Assembly: GCA_008632985.1 (NCBI GenBank)
Contig: QPGO01000008.1
Span: forward strand, 786,979-850,978
Direction of reading: 5' to 3'
Length of the DNA stretch: 64,000 bases
Source of the DNA: Psammoneis japonica
Taxonomy: Eukaryota
The position numbers and the translations under genes were made by a program. Below, piece after piece: positions 1 to 12,400 of the stretch. Each line of letters starts with the position of its first letter. Position 1 is the stretch's first letter. The notes below the pieces were generated by a model that ran no database searches, had not been told where the DNA came from, and saw only the letters and a program-made list of their open reading frames with translations.

Positions 1-266
1 GTAATGCCGACGCCCATGTACTGTAAATGCGTTTGAACGCCGTTTGCACTGGCATTCGCGTTGACTCGTTCTTGGTGAGTTGCCATGGAGAGATCCGCCG
101 TAGATCCTCCTGTAGAAACTGGATAAAAAGAAGGATGCACGTTCCATCCCTGTTCATTCGATTGACTCGAGGTAGTGACGAGCGGCACACCTTGTTTATG
201 CAACGAGGCGACTGGCGGTGGTGGTTGAGCGATGTGTGCCGATGTGGGTTTTGTAGAGACCTTCAT
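1..266 (-). CDS. 5' part of a hypothetical protein running off the window (MKVSTKPTSAHIAQPPPPVASLH...)
   Basis: ATG at 266 on the minus strand, open frame to base 1, normal composition, divergent from the CENP-S-like gene; no recognisable domain. Confidence 0.4.
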   Translation of the reverse strand, partial: MKVSTKPTSAHIAQPPPPVASLHKQGVPLVTTSSQSNEQGWNVHPSFYPVSTGGSTADLSMATHQERVNANASANGVQTHLQYMGVGI

Positions 267-618
267 GGTTGACCGAGCGACAGCAACAAATGACAATGGC
301 GTGATTTCGTGCGGATCTCAAATTAAGCAAATGACTCTTTTTGCTGTCGGCGGAGAATGACAATGTCTCGGATGATCGAGTCGAACGAAACAAGAAATTC
401 AAAAATGGCGCGAAGCGAATTTTCTCGCTTCATTTCCGGGTGCCTTGGTACAATTGGAACGTACGACATGCAGGCAAAATCGGCAGACGCGATAATGAAA
501 CATGAAACGACAATGACACGGGCTGTGTGTTAGCGTTTTCAGTTTGCTTTTGTGATTGCAATACATAAGCATCTTTGCTCATATTATCACACTAAAGTAC
601 GTTCGTCTCATTTGCAGT

Positions 619-1569
619 ATGGATCAGAGCGCCACCTCTTTTCGTGAAGAAGAAGAACGCGACCTTCGAGCAGCACTCCAGTTTACGGTAGACAAAATTT
701 GTGCCTCCGACGGCAATGATGCTGACGACGATTCACCTTCTGGAGGAACCGCCATGAGTCGATCGGCCGTCAAGGCTTTGACAGAGCTTGCCTTTCAGTA
801 CGCAACTACCAGTTTATCGAATGATTTGGTTTGGTTTTCGCGGCACGCCAATCGACGCACAATCACTGTGGACGACGTGAAACTTGTAGCAAGGAAAAAC
901 CCCAACCACTTGCTCTCGCAATTAGAAAGCTTTGCAGAACAACGAAAAGTCGCAAGAGGTGTTCATACAATGGAAGCGGTGGAAAAAGAGCGTAATCATA
1001 GCAAATCACCCAAGAAACCGCAACGGAAAGCTGCCGCAAACAAGACGAAAAAAGCTACTTCTGGTCGTAAGAAAGCACCGAGTTTGAATGAGCTGCGACG
1101 GAAGGAGGCGAGAGAGCGCATAATGAACGAAATAAACGGAAGTGATTCATCCGACAACTCCATGATGGAAATAAAGCCGCAAGAAATTGATACGCCAAGC
1201 AGTGAAAGTGACTCGTCCGGTCTACCTATGCCAATCGGTAAGAAAAAGAAAGACAAGAACACATTTTCGCTACAACGAGACCCGATCCTCGACAACAGCA
1301 GCAGCAGTGACGACGATGACCTTTTGAAGGGCAGAGAGTCACACCGGAGCTTGAAACGACTCAAACTAGGGAAAAGCCAAGAGACGGATTCTCGCATGAA
1401 GTCTGCCTCCGCTTCAACCTCAGCTCTGCTCAAACACGATGATCTATCCGACACTGAGAGCGACGACTCTAGCATTCGAGGAATTGCCGGCAACGACAAG
1501 GAAAACACGATCAAGTCACAGAATAGTGTAGAAGTACTTGAGGTTCAAAGCCAAGACTTTGAATACTAG
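619..1569 (+). CDS. CENP-S/MHF1-like histone-fold protein with long low-complexity Lys/Ser/Asp-rich C-terminus
   Basis: Motif AVKALTELAFQY...LSNDLVWFSRHANRRTITVDDVKLVARKN matches the CENP-S pattern (DL..FA.HA.R.TI..DDV.L.AR.N); first ATG at 619 (preceded by tttgcag, so an upstream exon is possible). Confidence 0.8.
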   Translation: MDQSATSFREEEERDLRAALQFTVDKICASDGNDADDDSPSGGTAMSRSAVKALTELAFQYATTSLSNDLVWFSRHANRRTITVDDVKLVARKNPNHLLSQLESFAEQRKVARGVHTMEAVEKERNHSKSPKKPQRKAAANKTKKATSGRKKAPSLNELRRKEARERIMNEINGSDSSDNSMMEIKPQEIDTPSSESDSSGLPMPIGKKKKDKNTFSLQRDPILDNSSSSDDDDLLKGRESHRSLKRLKLGKSQETDSRMKSASASTSALLKHDDLSDTESDDSSIRGIAGNDKENTIKSQNSVEVLEVQSQDFEY

Positions 1570-2111
1570 TTGATCCGAACACGAGACGTACTGGAATGTT
1601 CGTTTGAGTGAGTCGCCCAACTCATCTAGAGTAGAGCATAGAGGAACAGCCAGCATCAATCTTGTAGTAACGATTACGTTTTTGAGTGAGACGTAATGGC
1701 ATGCTGCGTGACCGTAGAAAGAGGTAGGTAGGGACTTGAGCAATCTTGATCCTCATAGAAACCGCGCAACTCCTTTGGCCGCCCTAATGGAAAGAGCCAC
1801 GTTTATAAATACAACGTAATTCCGAACCTGAGCCGCTCTGTACGTTGGTTTGAATGAGCACAACTCCTCTAGAGTACTGTACGGGTAGAGTATAGAGCTA
1901 CATTCAGTGGCAGAAAGTAGCACAGTCCTGACGGAGCGACAGAAGAGGATTCGGCCATTTCACCGTAATTATCATTGCGGAGAGAAATAGCAAGACATAA
2001 CAGTGCACATAAAGACAAGTCCACAAACCACATACATGCTATTCTTAACTCAGCCTAGGAAAAGAAAGCGATCTTCTCCCCTCACAAAGACACCAAAGTA
2101 TCGTAAGTAGC

Positions 2112-2964
2112 CTACTTCTTAGTTCCAATAATGGAAAGGAACATGTTGAAGGCAACCTGGACTCCGTTAATAAAGAGAAGACGGTGCTTGTTGGAGATGA
2201 ACTTGAAGTTGACGGCGTGGACAAGAGGCCAGACCTTCCAAGAACCTTGGCAAGCACTCAGCAAATCATTCTTGACTTTGTCGCTAATGGTGGCAAATGA
2301 ATCTCCATTGACCAATCCCAGGTAGGTAAAGAAGACCGTCATGAAAATAGGGCACCAGAAGAGCTGATCAATTGCAACCTTGGTGGCAACATGCTTGGCT
2401 TCTGTGCCCTCAATCTTCTTGTCGAGCCAGTTGTAGAAAAAGTGTCCTGACGGTCCATGGTAGAGGAAACCGAAGGCAGAGAGAGTGATGAATCGCTTCC
2501 AATCGAAGGGACCACCACTGATAAAGATCTAGAGATGCGTTACAGAAAAAGAGTACACGGTAAGCAGGCACAGAGTGAGACTTATACTAGTATGCCAAAA
2601 ATCCGAAAGACATCCAACAACATTGATATTATGGGAATCATGTAAGCTTGTTTAAGTCTTGTAAACGCACCTGAGCCAAAAAGTCTCCGAGAGCCCATCC
2701 CACCAACGAGGTGCATGCCTTAGCAGTAATAGGGTTCTTGTCGAGACTCTCATTGTAAGCTTCCCACCCCGGAATAGCACCTCCTCGTACTTTCTCAGCG
2801 TCGCGAAAGAGCGGACTGGCAGCAGCACTATCCTTGCGAAGTTTCGACGGCACTAGCGCAGGCTTGCTCATGGCCTTTTTCGTCACTGACGGGTTGGGGG
2901 TCACGCCAAAGGCGCTTGCCGCCAGACAGGAGCATGCAATCACAGTTACGGCAAAGAGCTTCAT
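2112..2964 (-). CDS. Mpv17/PMP22 family membrane protein, plastid-targeted; exons 2964-2671 and 2528-2112
   Basis: Spliced product ...PITAKACTSLVGWALGDFLAQ|IFISGGPFDWKRFITLSAFGFLYHGPSGHFFYNWLD...KVAIDQ...SWKVWPLVHAVNFKFI; GT..AG intron 2670-2529 in phase; signal peptide ending AASAF (ASAFAP-type motif of diatom plastid proteins). Confidence 0.9.
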
Positions 2965-3600
2965 GGTGCTAGCTACTTTTTATCGAAGTGCGGAAGTATG
3001 ATCACAACGGGAGGTGGAGATCGACGACGAAACCGGGCGCGATGGTCGATCGATGGACGCCGGAAGCGTTGCGATGACAACAGAGTCGTTTGAATACCGG
3101 GGCTATCGTTGAATCTACGTGGAGGTGTCAACCCGAAGTGTCATGCAAAAGTTCCGTCACAAAGATACCGGTGCAAGAACCAAAATTTGATCGATTCGAC
3201 TAATCTGGGTCAGCCCGGCATTCAGAGATAAATGATAATCCTCAAAGTTGAATAACTATTAACGATGTGAATTTATATTACCTACAAGCACAAATACCAT
3301 ATATACCCTACTGAAAGTGGCGCGCGATTGTGTAAAGTGTGCAAAGAACATTCGTCGTCAGCTCGTGACAGCTGCGGAATTCGATCCATTCGTCCAATCT
3401 ACGCGATTCCCGGTACCTTTGTACTGGTGTTGTCGCGGTTCGCATCACACGAATGGTTGGAAGTCACTGGAACAAAAATTTGCCACCGCACCAAAAAACA
3501 CTGAAACGTTGCTCACGACAGATGTTTATGTTGTTGTCGCGTTAACGCATGATTGCACAGCAAAGCAACCTATCACAACACTTTTATTGTCACTCATAAA

Positions 3601-4799
3601 ATGACTACATTGTTATTATTTGAAACAGAGACAAGCACCATGACAGACGAAGCCCACGACAATTTTTTGAGGCGATCCCTGCAGCAGAGGGGCAACTCAT
3701 CGCGAGACGGCGCCATCACAATCATTTACCTCATCGTTTTGGCGGCTTGTATTATTCTTCCATTCTGTTATTACTTGAGATTACGTCGACTAGAAGCGAT
3801 TGAGCGAAGACAAGAGGCGGCGCATCGAGAAGCCATTGCAAATTCGGTACGAGACTCCCGCCGTGGGGAGAACCGGGCAACGCGGAAGAAAATGAGAGAG
3901 GAAAAGCGAGCGAGAATTAAACAGCTCTTTTTACCAGTCAAGGAGGTGAGTTTGGAACGTGTCTTACTTGTGCTTATGTCTTTAGCGAGGACTTAGGCGC
4001 ATAGGGCTACCGGATTGCAGTTGGTGGAAGCACATTTCAGAAGCGCCGCGTCTAATCCCGGATGATCTCATCAACGACTGAAAGCGAACTTGTCTTCTGT
4101 AGGTATGCGACTAACTTGTTTCGTTACTTTTTGCCCCTAAACTTACAGGAATTGACAGCTGATCACTTTTATGCAACTGATATAATACAAAGAGATCCTG
4201 AATCAGATAACACTAGTGACAATGACGAGAAAATGGACGAAATTGACGTGGAACGCGGCATCACAGCTTCCGAAAGCGCCAAATCAATCAGGCTAGAACC
4301 ATCCTCATCAACAAAACAGCTTGACGAAAGTGATGAGAAGGGAATGTCGGATGATGACGTTGAATCTGTTCCGACTGGTTCTTCTCGCGTGCTGGGATTC
4401 AGTCTCAACGACTCCTCTCTTGCAATGCCCTTTATTCGAATCCCCGTTGCCGGAGTCAGTCGACATTTTCTGCGTGACATGGACAACATTTCTCGAGACA
4501 GACGCTTCGTTACTAATGACTGTGCTATTTGCTTAGCAAATTACGAAGTCGGAGAAACAGTGGTCTGGTCTTCAAATCCAAAATGCGAACATGCCTTTCA
4601 CGAAGAGTGCATTGAGAAGTGGTTGATGAAGCTCCGCGCAGATCCATTATGCCCTTGCTGCAGAAGAGAATTCATTATTGATCCATTTGATATTGAAGAT
4701 GGAATGGACGTCGATTTTGGTTCACAGGGAGTTATTGAGTTTGAAGATGACGAGGATGAGCACGAGGATAATGACCATGACGATGATATTGTCAGCTGA
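3601..4799 (+). CDS. Transmembrane RING-H2 E3 ubiquitin ligase; exons ~3601-3945 and 4149-4799
   Basis: Hydrophobic segment ITIIYLIVLAACIILPFCYYL; RING-H2 CAICL...CEHAFHEECIEKWL...CPCC; phase-0 intron GTGAG(3946)..ctaac..TACAG(4148); start could be 3601 or 3640. Confidence 0.85.
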
Positions 4800-5528
4800 T
4801 GCGTCGCTCTTCGCTGTGAAACAGTTTGACTTGGCTGTTATCTCACTCGTCGGTGATTACTGCGTAGACAAGTCAAATACGAGGACAACGAGAGCGATCT
4901 TGTACCAATCAATCCAAGATGGCGTTCCTTACAGTCGTCGACGAGAGGGAGACGGGCAGTCGCTTTTAGTCTACAGGTACTTGCGCCGTGACAAGTGACA
5001 GGATATTTAGAACGATGCATCAGCATTCTAAACTTATAATTACATGACATAGACTGAGACTTGCGAAGGCGCGATATGGGGAACGTGCCAGAAATTGTTA
5101 GAAACGTCAAGAGGGGAAGTCCAACTGTGAAGGAGTTGTGAGGCTGGTGTTTTTCACCTGGGGGGCGAGTATTTGAAAAGGAGGAAGAGAATAGGGAGTT
5201 CCACTGGTGTTCTACCGTACGCGTCGGTGACATCCCGGCGAAGCGACACACAAAAAGACGGGAAGTGCACAGACCCTTTTTTCAAAAACGTTTTTGATCG
5301 GGTACCTCCGGGTCGTTTTTACACGTGGAAGCCTTTCTCAGCGCCTTTTGCGAGGCGACACACCCCTAGATTATGAGTCTCTTTGTGTGTCGCCTTACTG
5401 GAAACTGCGTTGGATTTAACGCATGTAGAAGTTGTGTGAATCTCCACGATTTTTCAAAGCACGGCGCACAAAAGACGGCAATGGCAACGCACAGTTCATT
5501 CCCCCTGTGACCAGCATTGCACGAGACA

Positions 5529-8500
5529 ATGGGCCGACCATGAGGCATCAAGAACAAGGCGAACCACAAAGCCGGTGGCGACAGGCGCTCGGTGTCTTTC
5601 CGACAACAAAAGTCAGATGACAAGAGTGAGAAAGAATCTGCGGCTTTGCGTTTGTTTGAGAGGGCACAACAGCGCACTGGTGAGACGCATCTCACCAAGC
5701 AGCAAATTCGAGAGAAGCATGCCGAAGCACTGGCAGCCGCCATGCCGGCCATCAAAGCAGTGTTCGAGCACCCCTCCAACAGACATGGCATGGCGGGAGT
5801 GAAGGAGGAGGATCCGTCCTTGTTGGGTCATGCTGGCGCGGCCTCAGGATTTTGTGGGGAGCACGATCCCTTTGATGCTGGTTGCGACGACGACATGCGC
5901 CGGTTTGCTTCCAAGACATCTGCGACACCAGTGACCGGCCACCATGACTCATGCATGCCTCCACCCGACACTCCATTGCACACGTGCCTTAAAAAAATCC
6001 AAAAGAAAGTCGCCACCAAAGAAGGAAAGATTGTGTCGATGCTGAGAGATGGGTGCAAGTGGATCCCTCCACCGTGTGATCCATTGAGCAAAGGATTCGG
6101 TGTGTCCCCAAAACCTGACAACTGGCATCTGGGGAATTGTTGGGTGCACATTTGGGTGCCACATGTAATGTTCCCAGGCCATGTTGGAAAAAAGCCTGCT
6201 TGTCCATGTTGCGGCAGTGACAACACCGAGAGCAAAGGGCTTCATTGGCGACCTCACGTTGAATGGAACAGAACAGTGTGGGTTCTCCATCACCACATTG
6301 ATTGTCTCAACTTAATGTGCTCTGGCATTGACGAGGACGGTCACAGTTCAAAATCCTTTGCCACTGTTGATCCGAAACACTTGTCAACGCTGCCAACAGA
6401 AGTGGCGAAACGGCATGATTTCCTGTCCTGTCATCGTGGTCCCGGTGTGGCCACGTCCATGGCTTGTTGTTGCGCCAATCTCACCAATCATTCAATGTTT
6501 GCTGGTGCTTTTTCGAGTGTGGTCAATGAGCTGCGCTCCCTGGACTGTACATTGCAACAAGTCAGCTGCCACCGCACGTCATTGGATTGGGACCCCTGCG
6601 AAGTTGTTGGGCACGTCGGTCAGCCGGTTGTTCCATGCTCAGCCTTCGGGGAGCCAGGAGAGCACAATGGCACTCGGCTTTCAAGTGGCAAGGTTTCTCA
6701 AAGCTTTTCTGTCTTTGTGGAAGATGTTCATGAGGAACACATGCAGTGTTCTTTTGAGCAGAATCAAGATCAACAGATTGCTGTCAATCTCACTTTCCAA
6801 TTCTTCAACAAAGTGCAAGCATGTCTTTCGGGTGGGGAGCAAGTCAAACCATTTGTTGCCTGCTGCAATGTCATGAATGGAGCTGGAAAGGTTGCTGCCA
6901 GCCTTCCTGTGTGTGGAAAAGGGCAGGATGAAATTGAGCCTCTGCTGCAGCGGATCCAAGAAGCTCGAGCAGCTGGAGGTGCACCGCCGTTGGCCAGAGT
7001 CGACACTGACAACCCAAAGGCCGATGAAAAAATGTTTCAGAGAGTGTTCAAAGGCATGCTCAGTTTGTGACGTTTCCCATTTTACTTCTGCAGCGACCCC
7101 TTCATTCCACTGAGTGCAAACTTTGATGTGTTGTCGGCAGAGCTTCTACACGGCGTTAAGGAACATCGACCAAAAACTCAGCTGCCACTGCTGAGCATGC
7201 CCAGAGATTCGTTTCTTCATTTTAGAAGCAAGGACGATGCAAACGCCCATTGTGGAGAAAGTTGGGAAGCCATCATGCGCCCAGGCGATGATGAGCATGG
7301 GAAGCATTGTGGGCTGGACGCAGAATGGACGAGAGGCCTGACAGTTGAAGAAGTGGCAGATCTTCTTCAGACGTTGTTTCAAGGTTTCATGCCAGTTGTG
7401 CACGACATGCATGCCATGGGAGGGGTCCCCGAGTGGCTCAAAAAGATTCTTGAGTGTAAGAAGCTTGTCCCTTGTGGCCGGCAGATTGGAGGAGACCTGA
7501 GCCGGCTGCCAAAGGGGCACGGCATGTCAACAAGTCGTCACCTGGAAATCGGCCATCTTGCAACAACGTGTGACAACGGCTCCACAAGTGTCAAAGCGCT
7601 TGCAGAGCGCATTTTGAACGTCACATTGGGCAACAAGGAGCACGGTCAGAGCACAGATTGTCGAAGAGCATCTGCGTCTGGAGCCGCAGACGATGAGCTG
7701 CTGCAGCATGCTGCGATGGATGTGTGGATTCATGGATTGCTTGCAGTTGAGTTGCTTCACCGGGTTCAAGCAAAGCTTGGTGGTTTGCACATGCCACCTT
7801 CGCCAGAGCTCATGAAGCCGGGACGCAATGTAGATGTCACAAAGTCCAACGGAACAGTGGTGGCACGTGGCCAGGTGGAGCGCGTGGGCAACTGCAAGGG
7901 TCCAGGCGAAATGACAAAGTTTGGAGGCGAACCAGTGGGCAAAGGCAAAGTCACAGTTGAGATTGAAGAGGTGTGCTTTTCCAACTGGAAAGTTCCCTTT
8001 GGCTTTTCGGATGAGGACAGCGTTGAAGCAAGCTGCGGGAAAGGGGCCAAGCTTGGCGATGCATTCAGCCAGAGTGTCGACAAGGTGCTGTTGTTGCAAA
8101 CAAGCCACCTGCGCATGCCACCGCCCGAACCAGAGAGTGAAATTCTTGACTGTTTTCCAACCAAGCCAACCGACACCAATGCTGACAGCAACAATCTTGG
8201 CACAGGTCAAGAATCCAAGCAAGACCACTTGGACGAGGCCGGCGGTTCGGAGTCACCTTCCCAAGCCTCTGAATCGCCTGGTGGGAACAGCAGCGGCGAC
8301 CCTTCCAAATCATCGGAGCCAAAGCATCCTGGAACTGCTGATGAAATCACAGACATGTTGTTGGCAGCATCTGCAGCACAACTGGACAACACAGACGAGA
8401 TCCGCAGCAGGTTCAAGAACGATGTCTTTCACATCATGGATGCCGTGCCAGTTCCTCGAAATTGTCCCGTCGGACCTGCTTTGCACCAGCTTGCAACAGA

Positions 8501-11213
8501 GGCAACGTTCATCAGGAATGAGGCTGACCATGCAGAGGTTCAAGCCGCGCTGGCAAGCAAAGGGGTCGCGGACATCGCGGGTCATGAATGCTGGAATCGG
8601 GAATGCCGCCGGACTCGATCCGCGTGTCGTGCCCTTCGGCCAAGCTTCACGCCATGAACATCCACAACGCACACAAGCTTGTGCGCGAGAGCGAAAGACG
8701 GGTTCCAGTCCTGGGTGGGACTCCGTGTGACATTGGGCCCGCAGAATTCTGCGTGCGAGCTCCGCAGCACGAGAATTTAATTGATGGATGTGTTTGTCTT
8801 CAACATCAAACAAACGGCCAAGTTTGTGGTGCAATTGTGCCTCTTGCCACTGGACGTTTTTGCAAATGCGCCTGCCCCACGCGATTCTCAAGACATTGTA
8901 GAATCGCGCTGCAACAAAAAATGTCAAAAGTTGTTGGACGGATCGCTCAACAAGTGCACCGTAAAATGACACAAAATGTCGAAAAAATCACGTAGAAATC
9001 TGCGTGCGCGACACACGACGTGATTCAAAAAACTGTCGATGTCACAGTTCAGCAGTGCGAGGTCCCACCTGGACCTGGAACTCGTCGAAACATTCAAGCC
9101 ATGCTGCAATGAAGACATCGACAGTTGGTTCGAGACATTTGCTCTTGAGGCTGAGAGAGGGTGGTTCGAGCCAGTTGACGGCGTGCCACTGTGTGACAAC
9201 GGAGGGGCAGACACAGATGGCCTGCAACTCTGGTTGCGACACCAAGGAACCTGCGGCCAGAGAATTTCCACCAGAAACTGTGGTCCCTTGTTGTTGCTCA
9301 GGCAATGAGCATTGAGACAGCACATCATCTGATGGTGCTTCGAACGTTCCGGTGCAATGTCAGCACAGGGATGCGGCGGTGCGGTGAGCCGGACGTGGGG
9401 CACCCTTGCCTTCATCATGTCGATCAGTTGCAGTGGTTGATCCAACGCATCTTTGACGCAGTGGTCTTGCCCACCCACAAGAGTCTGTCTGAGTTTGAGC
9501 CCACTCGAAGGGACTGGGTTGGTGTTGGCAAGTGCGCTGCAGAGAAACAGTGTGCAAGCTTTTCTCCATCACCAAAGGCGGGCATGACGCGATCGTTGAC
9601 TCACATGGCTTCAAAACAAAGTGTTCTCACACCACCTTTGCCACATGGCACCAAGGAAGATCGTCTTGTCTTCAAGCGTTGGGCGAAATCCTTGAACGGG
9701 AAACCAAAGCAAACCGACTGGGAGGCCTTGCTCGTGGAGCACAAACGAAAGGCGGATGGTGTCACTGCATTTCCGAAGGTGATGTCACTGACAAAGTCCG
9801 AATGGGAACACAACAAAGCGAGGGAAGAAATCAAACAGGCCCAATTCCAGATGAAAGGAGACTTCGAACCAGTTGTCGCGAGTTTCCGCAGACAACGTGC
9901 ACCCACACCAGCTCCATTCAGGCGCAGCGACAAAAATTCTGGTGCCACCACAAAGCCCTCTGTCTTCGTTCCTCCGCTGCAAGCGCCGCACCAAACGTCA
10001 GAGGTGCTGTCCAAACAATCCAATGGAGCCTGTGCTTGCCGCAAACAAGGCTGTAAATTCATGGCGCGAGAGTGTGGAGGTTGGACCCAAAGCGGGTGCC
10101 GATTCTACGGGAGTGCGTCTCGTCGCCCTGACAAGGACAAGGCCACTTCTGTCAACCCTGCTCGAGTGTGTGCATGGACCGGCCTGTGCAATGCAGGAGT
10201 GCACGTCTGTCAGGGGTGTCAGAAGCTCTTGCATGTTCTACGGAGACAATGGAATTCTGACGCTACCCGATTGGTGCAAGGAGACTGCACCAGCATTAAA
10301 GAGGAAGCGACGCAACAAGATGAAGCAAGTCAGCAAGCGACGGAGAACACTTCAAATGGAGATGGACAAATGTGAAATGGCCCTCGGCGAACAGACTTGG
10401 GATGTGGCACTTGAGGCCAATGAAACTCAAGCAATTGTCGATCGCGATAACTTTGCCTTGGTCGTTGGGCGTGACAGCCTGCGCCTGCCCTTTGGCGTGA
10501 TGCCAAACGGCGCCAGCTTGTGTTCGATGCTTCGTTCCGGTGAGCTCATCGATGACAATGTCGTCCAAGGATGCACACACTTGTTGCGACAGAAATTCAA
10601 TGTCCGAGTGCCAAGCACCCACTTCTGCTCCCACTTGCATGACAACAGCTGGAGCTCGGTGGACCGATGGGTGAAAGCAATCACGAATGACGACTCCAAT
10701 TGGCTTGCTTCATCCGAAATTTACACTCCAATTTTTTCGGGATCCAGAACCGGGGGGCACTGGTCAAACTTCTGGACTGATCGGTCTTTTGACAAAACAA
10801 GAACAAAAGTCGATGAAATCATGGTGTGTGCCGACAGTTTGACCCCAGATCGCATCGCACAGGATCTCCAGCGATTGCTTGAGGCAGGAAGCTCCCCGAT
10901 AAGACCGTCTAGGGCGGATGCTGAATGGGTCGTAGCGACAAGCCCAAGACAAGCAGGGTTGGATTGCGGCGTACATTGTTGCATCAAGCATGCTGCAATT
11001 ATGAGAGCTCATCAAGAAGGCACTCTGCATTCACATGATCGGGCGATTGCGCAAGCCAAGGTCACTTTTCGACTCTCCGATTCGTACAGTGTCGAGCAGT
11101 GGGGGCAGATCGGCCGACGTCACATGCTAGAAAGTCTGTGCCGGGGTGATGTCGACCTGGAGGATGAAGCAGTCAAGGCAATGGGAGTGAGCATTGTTCT
11201 ACCGGAAACATGA
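5529..11213 (+). pseudogene. Multidomain transposase-like gene: AT-hook, Cys-rich Zn module, DUF6729-like putative DDE core interrupted by a DEDDy 3'-5' exonuclease, C-terminal Ulp1/C48 SUMO protease
   Basis: MGRP*G at 5529 (CGA->TGA); CPCCG; NVMNGAGKV...ARVDTDNP; exonuclease GLDAEW...GRQIGGDLSRL...SVKALAERIL...LQHAAMD; KNDVFHIMDAV; RHQGTCG/ENFHQKL across a frameshift; Ulp1 LIDDNVV...GGHWS...ADSL...PRQAGLDCGV. Disabled by a stop, frameshifts, a MITE and Tyr loss. Confidence 0.7.
8697..9086. mobile_element. 390-bp MITE inserted in the transposase gene, 4-bp TSD GAAA
   Basis: Left end GACGGGTTCCAGTCCTGGGTGGGAC matches the reverse complement of the right end (GACGAGTTCCAGGTCCAGGTGGGAC); GAAA at 8693-8696 and 9087-9090; removing it restores the frame LVRESE|TFKP. 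Confidence 0.85.
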
Positions 11214-12300
11214 TTAGCACACAACAACACACAAACAACGAGTGCATAACATGAACGTACCAGATCGCAATTGTGACATTAATAGATCCTCTGCTCGGGG
11301 GTTATATCGACCTTGACGATGAAGCAGTCCAGGCACTGAGAGTGAGCGGCATTCTGCCAAAGACACAATGAGCACACAATACATAAACCACACGTACCAG
11401 ATCACAATCATGAGAGGACATCAAGATGGCACTCTGCACTCATATGACCGGGCAATTGCAAAAGAATCAAAATGGTGGGGTGCTTTCGAATCTCCGGCAC
11501 TCTTCACTCATACGACCGGGCAATTGCAAAAGAATAGGGTACTTTCAACTCTCCGATTCGTACTGTTGTCAACCAGTTGGGATGGATCGGTCGACGTCAA
11601 ATGCTATCCCGGGGTGACATCGACCTGCCACATACACATGATGAAACATTCTAAACAAAATTTAGAGTGAGTTCTGACGGCACCGCAATGAGCAGTTGAG
11701 GGCGAGCACTATTCTACCGGCACCATCACATGCACGTACCGGATCGCGTAGAAAATCGCTTTTCACATTTTGGGCTCATTATTCTGCCTGCACTATAATG
11801 AGTAAATGAGAGTGAGTACTGCGGTATTCTACCGGCACCATAATGTGTACATAAATAACACACAATCACATGAACGTACCGGATCGCATGAAAAACCGTG
11901 TGTTTTTCTGCTGGCACCAAATGGGTAATTGAGAGTGAGCCCTCTTCTGTCAGCAACCATTGTGAGTACCTAAATAATACATAATCACAAGGACGTACCG
12001 GATCGCATAGAAAATATATTTTCACGTTTTGGCCTAGAAAAACGGCGGGCTCTTGCAAAAGAGGACATGGATTGGTACCGTGTCAAGCTCTGATTCGTAC
12101 TATGTCGAGAAGTGGGAACAGATTGGCCGACGCCAAATGCCATCATCAACCTAGATGATAAAGCATTCAACAAAATCGAGAGTGACTAATATTCTGTCGG
12201 TACCATAATAAATACATAAATGCACAAACAACCAACGCATAACATGAACGTACCAGATCGCACAGCAAATCGTTTTTCATGTTTTGGCCTACAATAATGG
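11214..12300 (+). repeat. Degenerate repeats derived from the 3' end of the transposase gene
   Basis: Core ACGTACC(A/G)GATC(G/A)C recurs near 11255, 11392, 11735, 11875, 11994 and 12248; 11410-11630 recopies the Ulp1 C-terminal coding sequence (GTLHSYDRAIA versus GTLHSHDRAIA). Confidence 0.7.
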
Positions 12301-12371
12301 CAACGCCGCATTTCTTTCGACTTCACCGACGCTATCACCATTGAGTTTTTGAAAATGGTAGACACGTCTCA

Positions 12372-12400
12372 GAGTATTTGAAACTTGGTTTCAAATACTC
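12372..12400. other. Perfect 13-bp stem hairpin near the right end of the transposon
   Basis: GAGTATTTGAAAC-TTG-GTTTCAAATACTC; the first 12 nt of the arm also occur near the left end (5167-5178). Confidence 0.75.

Noticed and set aside
556..618. N-terminal extension of the CENP-S-like ORF as given in the track
   Set aside because: Starts at a TTG codon; the first ATG is at 619 and the upstream part looks like UTR or intron
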